Assembly: GCA_035620375.1 (NCBI GenBank)
Contig: DASPGX010000028.1
Coordinates: 2,974-66,973 of the forward strand
Direction: 5' to 3'
From: Minisyncoccota bacterium
GTDB lineage: Bacteria; Patescibacteriota; Minisyncoccia; 2-02-FULL-40-12; GWA2-44-9
DNA length: 64,000 nt
This document shows, piece by piece, positions 29,718 through 38,520 of the stretch (within the stretch, counting starts at the first letter, position 1; every line of letters begins with the position of its first letter). The translations under genes were made by a program, and so were the position numbers. Below the pieces are notes generated by a model. That model did no database searches and had not been told where the DNA came from. It saw only the letters and a list, made by a program, of their open reading frames with translations.

Positions 29718-30826
29718 CGTCCGAGTGACTGACTGATTTTGTAGATTGGCGTGATGATGGAAATGGCGACGAAACTTACGACCAATCCCATGGCCAGAAG
29801 CAGGAGCGGTTCCAGGATGTTGCTCATGGTCTTCGTCGCACCGTCCAGCTCGGACTCATAAAATGTTGCGAGGAATTCGAAGGTCTCGTCCAGCTTTCCC
29901 GTGCTTTCGCCGACGTTTGCCATTTGCGAGAACGTCGGCGGGAAGAATTCCGGACGTTCGATCATCAGCTTGCTCATCGTCTGACCCTGCTGGACCTCCT
30001 TCGCGATATCCTCCATCTGCTGCTGGTAGACCAGGTTCGTCAGCGACCGTCCGGAAATATTGATTGCTTCCACGATGCGGACGCCGCCTTTCAGAAGCAG
30101 GTTCATGGTGCGGGCCACGGTTATGATGTTGACGTCCATCACCATTGAGCCCACGAGGGGCATCCGGGTGAGCGAGCGGTGCCAGGCGAACCGGACCGCG
30201 CGTATGCGGAGCAGGAACATCCAGCCGATGCCCAGCACAACCAGTCCCAGAATCACCCAGAGGCCGTTGGCAATCATGAATTCGGAGAACGCGATGAATA
30301 TCCGCGTGGTCAGCGGAAGTTCCACATTGAGCGAGTTGAGCACGGGAAGGATGCGCGGAAAAATGAAGAACGTCATGATTCCCGTGATGCCGAACGTCGC
30401 CACGAGGATGACGATGGGGTAGACCATCGCGCCGACGACTTTCTTCTGCAGTTCCGCCTTCTTTTCCAGTTCCTGGGCAAGGTATTTGAAGTTCTCCGAC
30501 AATGTGCCGGACGTTTCACCGACCCGGACCAAGTTGATGATGAAATCGCCGAACACCTGCTTGTACCGTTCCATGCCGACCGAGAGGTAGTGGCCGTTCT
30601 TCACGTCGGCTATGAGGCTGTCCAGCACCTTCAGGAACGGACGGGACTTGGTCTGCTTCCGGAGAATTTCCAGCGATTCCAAAACCTGAAGTCCCGAGCG
30701 CGTCATCATCTCCATATGGCGCGCAAACAGCATCTTGTCTTTCAGGGACAGCCTGAAGAACAGGCTGCTGAAACCGCCCAGACTGCCGCCCTCGGTTTTC
30801 GGGGGTGTTTCGGTTCCGTTACTCAT
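29714..30826 (-). CDS. pilC: Type IV pilus platform protein (T2SSF family)
   Basis: Two GE.SG/GESTG.L repeats, AMVYP, LPLTT, LEPLL. Confidence 0.92.
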   Translation of the reverse strand: MSNGTETPPKTEGGSLGGFSSLFFRLSLKDKMLFARHMEMMTRSGLQVLESLEILRKQTKSRPFLKVLDSLIADVKNGHYLSVGMERYKQVFGDFIINLVRVGETSGTLSENFKYLAQELEKKAELQKKVVGAMVYPIVILVATFGITGIMTFFIFPRILPVLNSLNVELPLTTRIFIAFSEFMIANGLWVILGLVVLGIGWMFLLRIRAVRFAWHRSLTRMPLVGSMVMDVNIITVARTMNLLLKGGVRIVEAINISGRSLTNLVYQQQMEDIAKEVQQGQTMSKLMIERPEFFPPTFSQMANVGESTGKLDETFEFLATFYESELDGATKTMSNILEPLLLLAMGLVVSFVAISIITPIYKISQSLGR

Positions 30827-32570
30827 GAATGACGCGGAGGATTTCTTCGATGGTCGTCAGTCCCTTCAGCGCTTTCTGGAACCCGTCTTCCAGAAGCGTG
30901 GTCATGCCGTTCTTGATGGCGATTTTCTTGATTTCGCTCGCGTCGGCGTGGCGCATGATGGCTTCGCGGATGAAATCGTTGACCTCCAGGATTTCATAGA
31001 TGCCCATCCGGCCCTTGTACCCCGTATGACCGCACATGTCGCAGCCCTTGCCGATGTAGAAGTCGCGGTGGTCATCAAGGATTTCCGGGGTCAGGGAATC
31101 CTTCAGCGACATGAACTCTCCTTCGGTAATGCGCCGCGGCTCCTTGCAGTTCTCGCAAATCATGCGCACCAGCCGCTGGCCCATCGCCACGTTCACCGTG
31201 GATGCGACCAGGAACGGCTCGACGCCCATATCCAACAGGCGCGGCAACGTCGTTGCGGCGTCGTTCGTGTGCAGGGTGGACAGGAGCTTGTGGCCCGTCA
31301 GAGCCGCGTTGACGGCGATGGACGCCGTCTCTTCGTCGCGGATTTCGCCGACCATGATGATGTTCGGGTCCTGCCGGAGGATTGAACGCAGGCCGGCGGC
31401 GAACGTCAGTCCGGTGCGGTTGTTCACCTGAATCTGGTCGATGCCCTCCAGGGAGTACTCGATGGGGTCTTCAATCGTGATGATGGACACTTCGCGCGTG
31501 GAGAGTTCCTTGAGGATGGTGTACAGCGTCGTCGTTTTTCCGGAGCCGGTCGGTCCCGTCGCCAGAATCATGCCGTACGGCGTCTTCACCGCCTTGCGGA
31601 CCTTTTTCCGGTCGGCCTCGCTCAACGCCACGTCGTCCAGCGAATTGAGCTTGGTCTGTTCGGCCAGGAGCCGCAGGACTGCGTTCTCGCCGTAGTAGGT
31701 CGGGACGATGCTGACGCGGACGTCGAACTGCCGGTCGGAGTCCTGCATGCTGATGCGGAACCGGCCGTCCTGTGCCGCCTGGTGTTCGTCGGTCCGCATC
31801 GCACCCAGGACTTTGATGCGGGAGATGATGCCCGGATGGATGCCCTTGGGGAACGTGAACGAATCGCGCAGGATGCCGTCGATACGCAGGCGCGCGAGGA
31901 GGTTTTCTTCGGTCGGCTCAAGATGAATATCCGAAGCACGCGTGAGGAACGCGTATCCCATGAGCGTGTCCACGAGCGCGATAATCGATATCTCGGCTTC
32001 CGGCTTCGTGACAATCTGCTGAATCCGGTCTTTGAGGTCCTGAATCTGTTTGGGGTCCGCTCCCGCGACGTCCGACAAATCTTTGGGCTCCTTCGCGGAA
32101 GCCTTCGCTTTTCCGTTCCGTGCGGATTTCTTCGCGGGTTCCGTTTCGGGGGGCGCGGCCGGCGCCGGTCCGCCTCCTTTGGCCAGCCGCTGTGCCTCGG
32201 CGACGATATCGGAAACGGTGATGTCCCGCTTGACCATCACGGACTCAATGCCGCACGTTTGCGCCCGTTTGCGTTCGTTCTCGTCGTCCTTGTCGAACAG
32301 TACCAGCGCGGGGATGTGCCTCTCCTTTCTGGCGTCTTCGACGAGCTTGCAGTAGTCACCGCCCTCGTGGAGCGGAACGTCCACGACCAGCGCGTCCGGC
32401 GCGTTCTTCTTGAGCATCTGGCGCGCCTCATCGTCGGACGATGCGTGCGACGCCTCAAGCTCCGCCTTCTTGAGGCGTTCCATGAGCAGTTGTGCCATGA
32501 AAAAATTGTCCTCAACGAGGAGGACCCGTCTGCCGCCCGTAGTAGTAGTCCCGTTCTTCCGTGCCGACAT
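30819..32570 (-). CDS. pilB: Type IV pilus assembly ATPase PilB with N-terminal receiver domain
   Basis: ASDIHLEP, QDGRF, GPTGSGKTT, TIEDPIEY, LRQDPNIIMVGEIRD, CENC..CDMC Zn site; N-terminal VLLVED...PDALVVD...MVK REC fold. Confidence 0.9.
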   Translation of the reverse strand: MSARKNGTTTTGGRRVLLVEDNFFMAQLLMERLKKAELEASHASSDDEARQMLKKNAPDALVVDVPLHEGGDYCKLVEDARKERHIPALVLFDKDDENERKRAQTCGIESVMVKRDITVSDIVAEAQRLAKGGGPAPAAPPETEPAKKSARNGKAKASAKEPKDLSDVAGADPKQIQDLKDRIQQIVTKPEAEISIIALVDTLMGYAFLTRASDIHLEPTEENLLARLRIDGILRDSFTFPKGIHPGIISRIKVLGAMRTDEHQAAQDGRFRISMQDSDRQFDVRVSIVPTYYGENAVLRLLAEQTKLNSLDDVALSEADRKKVRKAVKTPYGMILATGPTGSGKTTTLYTILKELSTREVSIITIEDPIEYSLEGIDQIQVNNRTGLTFAAGLRSILRQDPNIIMVGEIRDEETASIAVNAALTGHKLLSTLHTNDAATTLPRLLDMGVEPFLVASTVNVAMGQRLVRMICENCKEPRRITEGEFMSLKDSLTPEILDDHRDFYIGKGCDMCGHTGYKGRMGIYEILEVNDFIREAIMRHADASEIKKIAIKNGMTTLLEDGFQKALKGLTTIEEILRVIHE

Positions 32571-32587
32571 GTTCCCTCCTTGGGAGG

Positions 32588-32977
32588 TCAGGCACCGACG
32601 AGCTCTTTAATCCGTCCGACGATGACGCTCAGGTCATCGGTCTTACGGATGTGGCCCAGGGCACCGATCTCCTTGGCGTACTTTTCGTCAATCCACGCGT
32701 TCTCGACCTCCTCTTCGCCGTAATTCGTCAGAAAGACTACCTTGATGTCGCGGAGGTTCTCGTCCGCCTTCATCGCCGAAACGGCCTCGACGCCGTTCAT
32801 GACCGGCATCTTTACGTCCATGATGACCAGGTCCGGTCGGTCCTTCTGGAGCATGTCCAGCGCCTGTTTGCCGTCCGCGGCTTCCCGTATCTCAAAACCC
32901 GCACCTTCAAGCTTGGCGCGGATGATGGTGCGCAGGTCCGCTTCGTCGTCCACGATGAGGATTTTCGCCGTTGCCAT
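32588..32977 (-). CDS. Single-domain response regulator (CheY-like)
   Basis: ILIVDDE, PDLVIMDVKMP..NG, VFLTN, IRK. Confidence 0.93.
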   Translation of the reverse strand: MATAKILIVDDEADLRTIIRAKLEGAGFEIREAADGKQALDMLQKDRPDLVIMDVKMPVMNGVEAVSAMKADENLRDIKVVFLTNYGEEEVENAWIDEKYAKEIGALGHIRKTDDLSVIVGRIKELVGA

Positions 32978-33014
32978 TAGTGTAAGTATATCATACGCCC
33001 CGGGTTTGGCGCGC

Positions 33015-34652
33015 CTATGCGGCAGGGATAACGATGGTGAATACGCTGCCTTTGCCGGGACCCTCGGATGCGGCAGTAATGGTGCCCTGGTGGGCCAGTA
33101 CAATCTGCTTGGCGATATAGAGGCCAAGGCCCGTGCCCTCAATGCGCTTTGCAGCGTCCCGTTCACGGGTGAACTGCTCGAACAGCTGCGGGAGGAGGTC
33201 CGCCGGCATTCCGCGGCCGCTGTCGGACACGATGACGAAAATGTCGCTGCCGCGCCGCTCCGCGGCGACCTTCACCCACCCGGTCTCCGTGTACTTGATG
33301 GAATTGTCCACGAGATTCTGGATGACCTGCCGGAATTTTTCGGTGTCCAGCATGGCGTTCAGCTCGTCGTGTTCCGGCGTTTCATGCCGGAGTTCAAGAT
33401 TCTTACGCTCGGCGAGGGGCAACAGGTCGTTGACCACCTGCGTGACGAGGTTGGACATACTGACGCGGTCGAACGCGAACTGCATCCGGCCCTCCTCAAT
33501 GCGCCGGAGGTCCAGGAGGTTGTTCACCAGCGCAATCAGCCGGTCGGCCGATTCCTTGATTTTGCCCACCATTTCCGTGACCTTCTCCGGCACCGTGCCG
33601 TAGGTGCCGTCGCCGATGAGCTGGGCATAGCCCTTCACGACGCTCATCGGCGCCTTTACCTGGTGCGAGGCGAACGAAAGGAATTCGGAGCGGATGCGGT
33701 CCAGGCGCTTGAGCTTGATGTTCGCGTCCGTCAGCTCCCGGGTCATCTGTTCAAGGTGCTCCCGCTGGGATACCTCGCTGATGACGCTGCGGATGAGCAG
33801 GATGCCGAATGCCAGCACGAACGAGAACGTGCCGATGCGGATGAGCAGCGTGCCGACGTTGTCCGTCACGACAATCTCAGCGAGCAGTATTGCGCTGAGC
33901 ACGAAGGTCAGCAGCTCCGCGGCGATGGCTTTGACGTTCAGGAACTGGTACCGGCGGATGGCATGGGACGTGGCGAGGATGATGGGAAGGAAGAAAATGG
34001 GCGCGAGCGGGACGAATAGCAGCATGTCGAATGCCACGGGCAGAATGAGGTTGAACGTCAGGATGAGCAGGAATGTCAGCGCGGCGCCGGCGAGGATGAT
34101 TCTGGCCTGCGCCCGCTCAAGCGTCGCAGGTCCACCGGTACGCCGTACAAGCATCACGATACCGGCGACGACGAACACGGCCGCAACCATCCCGAATACG
34201 GGCAATGCCGGTCCGCGAATCGGGTCGGTCACGCCGCTCACGGCGACCGAGTCGACGCGCTCAAAGATGAACCGTGAAAGCGTCAGCAGGGAAGTCAGGA
34301 CCGCAGCGGGAAGCGCGACGAATTTGTACCATCGCGGGAAGGTGATTTCGGCGCGCGGAAAGATGTAGAACAGCGTGAAGAAGCTGAACGCGTGCCAGGT
34401 TGCGGTGAACAGCGTCAGCCGCAGAAGCCAGAGCACCTGCCACGGCTCCTGGACCTGGTAATTCAGGTAATTGAACGTGCCGTACGCGACCGTGGCCAGC
34501 GCGAAGACGAGGAATGCCCGGTTCGTGGCATTGCTGCGGTCGCTGAAATAGACCGCGAACCCCATAATGCCGATTGCCGCCACCGCGATGGCGATGGCGA
34601 TGAGGTCCAAATGGCGCAAGCCCGCCAGGAGGTCGGTGATGGCGAATTCCAT
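33015..34652 (-). CDS. Membrane sensor histidine kinase with N-terminal 7TM (HisKA_7TM-like) input
   Basis: About 9 hydrophobic helices, NRAF...HAIRRYQFLNV; H-box ASHQVKAP, NLVDNSIKY, DSGRG, GTGLGL, GKGSVF. Confidence 0.93.
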   Translation of the reverse strand: MEFAITDLLAGLRHLDLIAIAIAVAAIGIMGFAVYFSDRSNATNRAFLVFALATVAYGTFNYLNYQVQEPWQVLWLLRLTLFTATWHAFSFFTLFYIFPRAEITFPRWYKFVALPAAVLTSLLTLSRFIFERVDSVAVSGVTDPIRGPALPVFGMVAAVFVVAGIVMLVRRTGGPATLERAQARIILAGAALTFLLILTFNLILPVAFDMLLFVPLAPIFFLPIILATSHAIRRYQFLNVKAIAAELLTFVLSAILLAEIVVTDNVGTLLIRIGTFSFVLAFGILLIRSVISEVSQREHLEQMTRELTDANIKLKRLDRIRSEFLSFASHQVKAPMSVVKGYAQLIGDGTYGTVPEKVTEMVGKIKESADRLIALVNNLLDLRRIEEGRMQFAFDRVSMSNLVTQVVNDLLPLAERKNLELRHETPEHDELNAMLDTEKFRQVIQNLVDNSIKYTETGWVKVAAERRGSDIFVIVSDSGRGMPADLLPQLFEQFTRERDAAKRIEGTGLGLYIAKQIVLAHQGTITAASEGPGKGSVFTIVIPAA

Positions 34653-34655
34653 AGT

Positions 34656-35741
34656 TCAGGCCGAGCGGTCGCCGGCGGGGCGTACGTCGGGCTCAAGTCG
34701 CGGCGTCCGTGCGCTCGGCTCGTCCGCGTGACCGATGCGGAACATGAATGCCAGAACGCCATCGGATAACTTAAGAACGGATGCGAGGCGGGCGTAAGCG
34801 TCCGCGACAATTGACGCATGGCGCTCGGCCAGGGTCCGGTCGCCGTCCGCAACGCGGTTCATCAGCAGGGGAATTCCCGTCAGTGGCTGCAGGTGCAGTC
34901 CCATGGATGTTACGGAGAGCCATACGCGTTCGAAGAGACGCCCCGCGGCGACATACTGGGTCGTATCTCGGTTGGGGATGACGATTGCGCCCATAGCCGC
35001 GCCGGTCATATAGATGCCGCCGTTCGTTTTCGCGACCATGGATGACAGGCCGACCGCATTGAGCGCGCGCAGTGCGGGAAAATGCCTGAATACGGCGAAT
35101 CCTGCGCGCACCGGCGGAGGAAGCTCAAACGTCTTGATGGAGAATCCGAGTTTTCGTGCTGCGTCCTGCTCATCCGTCCAGTTGATGTGCGAAAAGAAGA
35201 ACCGGTGCATGTTCCGGTCTTCGAACAGGACACGCTCGTTCAGCGCCAACAGGTTGCCCAGTTCCTGACGGCGCGCCGTATCGGTTACCAGAATAAGCTG
35301 CGGTCCGCTTTCGGCCGTCTTCATCAGTGCGTCATGTTGGACCGCGGTCAGCTCGGCGTTGCGGTACGGACGTCGGTTCGTCGCACGCTTCCAGATGGAC
35401 TCGTAGAGCGGATGCGCGGCCTGGGTCGCGCGCTCCAGATACGCCCGGGCAATCCAGTCAGGATCACTGGGGGTCGGCAGGACCTTCGCGGAAAGCCGGT
35501 AGCCACGCTGCGCGGCGGCAATGGACATGTTTTCCAGGACCGCGCCGTTGGCGATATACGAGGGCCGCTGCCCCCAGCTGTAGAGGGAATTGTCCCGCTC
35601 GGGAAGATTGAAGACGTCGATGAAACCGGGTCCGACTTCAAACCGCCATGGCTGGCAGTTGTCGCCCGATGGAGCCATCGTACCCGCGGTGATGATGTGC
35701 AGGACATCCTCATCGAGCGTCGGCGGCTTCTGGCTCATCAT
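34656..35741 (-). CDS. Nitroreductase-fold (Acg/TyzC-like) flavoprotein
   Basis: APSGDNCQPWRF, GAVLEN, I.KR.TNRRPY, GRLFERVWL..T..GL..QP, FRIG.A..P..RTPR. Confidence 0.85.
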   Translation of the reverse strand: MMSQKPPTLDEDVLHIITAGTMAPSGDNCQPWRFEVGPGFIDVFNLPERDNSLYSWGQRPSYIANGAVLENMSIAAAQRGYRLSAKVLPTPSDPDWIARAYLERATQAAHPLYESIWKRATNRRPYRNAELTAVQHDALMKTAESGPQLILVTDTARRQELGNLLALNERVLFEDRNMHRFFFSHINWTDEQDAARKLGFSIKTFELPPPVRAGFAVFRHFPALRALNAVGLSSMVAKTNGGIYMTGAAMGAIVIPNRDTTQYVAAGRLFERVWLSVTSMGLHLQPLTGIPLLMNRVADGDRTLAERHASIVADAYARLASVLKLSDGVLAFMFRIGHADEPSARTPRLEPDVRPAGDRSA

Positions 35742-35795
35742 TGTCTTTAGTATATCACGCATGCTGGTCTTCCGTGCCGCGTTCATACACAGAAG

Positions 35796-35819
35796 AAACC
35801 CCGCGTTGTGCGGGGTTTC
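35796..35819 (-). terminator. Terminator after the lyase-ligase-ThiF unit
   Basis: GAAACCCCGC-ACAAC-GCGGGGTTTC followed by TTCT on the minus strand. Confidence 0.6.
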
Positions 35820-35824
35820 GGGAC

Positions 35825-36988
35825 TCAGATGCCGAGTTTCGTCTTGAGCATGTCGGCGAGGCGTTTCCGTTCGCGGACCGCGATGTCCGAGGAATAGCCG
35901 GGGTCCAGGTTTTCGTCCAGACACAGGTGGTACCGTCCGCTTGGCATGGCGTCGCCCGCAACGATCCCCCTGATGAGATAGGTGACGGCGGATGCGCCTA
36001 TGAGCGCAGTGCCACCGAGCTGCGGAACGGATACGAGTGTTTCCCCGATGGCGGGAAGCGAACGTATCATGCGTACCGGATGATGCTCGGCGCCGATAAG
36101 CCGGGCGATGGTCCTTATCGTTTCCTGTTTATTCCCCCGCAACGCTGAAAAGCGGGCGACGTCGGTTGTGCCCAGCCGCCCGAGGAAATAGGGCGTACGG
36201 CCCAGGTCGTGCCGCTCAACGTCAATGGTGCTCCGGTCGCCGTTGTCGGCCGCTGACAACAGCGGTATGCGCTGCTTCCGGGCGAGTTCGCGCAGACGCT
36301 GTTTGATGACGAAGTCGTCCATTTCGTCCACGACGACATCCAGTCCGCGCATGAACGAAGCGACGTTCGTTGCATTCAGTCCGCGGTCGAAAATGCCCAC
36401 ATGGGCGTAGGGGTTTATTTCCCAGATCCGGCGCGCGATGACGGTGGTCTTCGGAAGGCCGAGCTGGTGGACTCCCGCGATGAGGCGGTTCGTGTTGGAC
36501 AGTTCGAGCTCGTCGAAATCGGCAAGGCGGATGCGCCGGGCTCCGCCGGCAAGCACCACGGAAAGTGCAACGTTGCTGCCCACAGACAGTCCGGCGACAC
36601 CGACGACCGTGTCATAAAACTTCTTCTGTTCCGCGAAGGTGATAAGATTCGCGTTTCTGCTGGTACGGACCCGGTTGAACTCGGGTTCCGCAAGTACGTG
36701 CACAAGGGTGTTCAGCCACGGATAGTGCACCCATCGTCCCTGGCGGATCAGAGGTCCGCGTCGGGTCCGTCCGGCGATGAATGCACCGACGGCTTCGGCA
36801 ATCTTTTCCTTCGGAAGCCGGATGAGCCCCGGCTGTTCGACGAGCGCGAGTTCCGCCAGCTGACCGGCGTACGTGTCGACGATTCCCGGTTTCCGGAGTC
36901 CGGAACGCAGGCGTCCGAACGCGCGCCACGAAGCGGCGGCGGCGGGATTGAATATCTTCGGTTGTTCCCGTTTCTCCATGAGGTTCAT
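35825..36988 (-). CDS. ThiF-family adenylyltransferase, Rv1355c/MoeY-type
   Basis: WVHYPW..LVHVL...F..VRT.RN.NLIT..EQ, VAGLSVG, LADFD.LELSN.NR, K...ARRIWEINPY, DEMD, DVERHD, PQLG. Confidence 0.88.
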   Translation of the reverse strand: MNLMEKREQPKIFNPAAAASWRAFGRLRSGLRKPGIVDTYAGQLAELALVEQPGLIRLPKEKIAEAVGAFIAGRTRRGPLIRQGRWVHYPWLNTLVHVLAEPEFNRVRTSRNANLITFAEQKKFYDTVVGVAGLSVGSNVALSVVLAGGARRIRLADFDELELSNTNRLIAGVHQLGLPKTTVIARRIWEINPYAHVGIFDRGLNATNVASFMRGLDVVVDEMDDFVIKQRLRELARKQRIPLLSAADNGDRSTIDVERHDLGRTPYFLGRLGTTDVARFSALRGNKQETIRTIARLIGAEHHPVRMIRSLPAIGETLVSVPQLGGTALIGASAVTYLIRGIVAGDAMPSGRYHLCLDENLDPGYSSDIAVRERKRLADMLKTKLGI

Positions 36989-38520
36989 TCCTTGATAAGG
37001 TACTTCGGCTTAAGTCCCGGGCGGAAATGCTCCGGGTCCTGGTAGTTTTTCAGAATCACCCTCGGGGTCAAATCTTTGCCGAGATGGTTCCAGAGAAAGT
37101 CGTATTCCATGTTGATTCTGCGCAGCACTCCGACGACATGCCGCGAAAGCGCGCGGGCGAGTGACGCGGCCGGCCGCTTGCCGGGCTGAAGTTCAATGTT
37201 GAGCTCAAGGAAGGCCTCATGTTTACGGTCGTATCCCTTGCGCAGGGCGAACTTCCCGGTGATGTCGCCGAGGAATTTCTCCGCGTTCAGCGCCGCATGG
37301 ACGTGCTCGGGATAGATGTTCGCGGCATAGAATACGAGAGTATGGTCGCTGCGCCCTTTGAGCGCAATGAACGGCAGTTTCCACGAACCGGCCGGCACAG
37401 TACGGCCGGATTTCCGCAGCGCCGCAACACCGTCGGCATATGGGATAACGGTTCCCGCGTCGTGGAGGTTGAACCGGATGAGCGGAATACCGCTGTCGGA
37501 GGTGAACAACAGTTCCCCGTTCAGCCGGGCGACATGGCGGAGCAACGGATTGTACTGGAACAGGTTCGGTACGGTCGCGGAAGCGAAGAGGTTCCCGCAC
37601 AATTCCGGGTCGGCCGATGCGGCACGGCGGAGGGCGACGGTCAGCGGCGTTTCGTGGCCGATGAGCAACGTCTCCGACGAACCGTACGTGTTCATGGCCG
37701 CGACCGCGTCGGCCGCAAGACCCGCGGCGCGGTTCAGATACGAACGCCAGGCCTCACTGAATCCTTCACTGCAAAAAAGCATCCGGAGGCCCGACTTCCG
37801 CCAGGAGAGGCCTGCGCGCTTGCCGGACTCCACGACGTCTTTCACGAAGAACGGATGTCCGATGAGCAGGACCTGGTCATAGTTGCGCCGGAGTTTGCCG
37901 ATGACGTTGAGCGCCTGGTCCTTGTTGTTTCCGACGCTCACGGCGGTAAGCGGATAGCCGCGCTGGGCCGTGAGCCATGTCGGCAGGAGCGTGGCAACGC
38001 CGGAAACATAGACGCCCATCGGAAAGCCGATGACGGCGAGCGTGGATTTGCGGTGGATGCCGAACAGCGTCCGGTAGGCGAGTTCATGAATGAGCGTCGC
38101 CTCCATTTCCTGGCGCTGGCCCCGGGGCCAGAACTTCGGTTCGCCGCTCGTACCCGAGCTCACCGCGATGAGCGATGCGTTCCGGAGTTTTCCGTCCCAG
38201 CACCGCGCCGCCAGCGGATACCGGTTCACATAGTTTGCCTTGTCGGTGAAGGGCACGCCGTCCAGGTCGGCGGCAGTACGTACGGCACGACCGTTGATGC
38301 GGTGCCGCCGGAGGAAGTCGCGGTACGCCGGGACGCGTTCGGCCGCGGCATGGAAGAGGGCGAGCGCGCGGCGGTCGCCCTGGCGCACCCACCGCCCGGG
38401 CGCATCGCGGCGGAGCGATGACTCCATCGCCGCAATGTCCGTGCGCCAATAGTCCGCGATGCCGGCGCGGAACAGAGGCGCTGCCGCGAGCGTGTTCCAG
38501 GTGTCCCGTTTCGTACTCAT
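36985..38520 (-). CDS. Phenylacetate-CoA ligase (PaaK)-like adenylate-forming enzyme
   Basis: VPAYRDFL, SSGTSGEP P-loop, YGSSE, PLIRFNLHD, GRSD, ANIYP; ATGA overlaps with both neighbours. Confidence 0.88.
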   Translation of the reverse strand: MSTKRDTWNTLAAAPLFRAGIADYWRTDIAAMESSLRRDAPGRWVRQGDRRALALFHAAAERVPAYRDFLRRHRINGRAVRTAADLDGVPFTDKANYVNRYPLAARCWDGKLRNASLIAVSSGTSGEPKFWPRGQRQEMEATLIHELAYRTLFGIHRKSTLAVIGFPMGVYVSGVATLLPTWLTAQRGYPLTAVSVGNNKDQALNVIGKLRRNYDQVLLIGHPFFVKDVVESGKRAGLSWRKSGLRMLFCSEGFSEAWRSYLNRAAGLAADAVAAMNTYGSSETLLIGHETPLTVALRRAASADPELCGNLFASATVPNLFQYNPLLRHVARLNGELLFTSDSGIPLIRFNLHDAGTVIPYADGVAALRKSGRTVPAGSWKLPFIALKGRSDHTLVFYAANIYPEHVHAALNAEKFLGDITGKFALRKGYDRKHEAFLELNIELQPGKRPAASLARALSRHVVGVLRRINMEYDFLWNHLGKDLTPRVILKNYQDPEHFRPGLKPKYLIKE

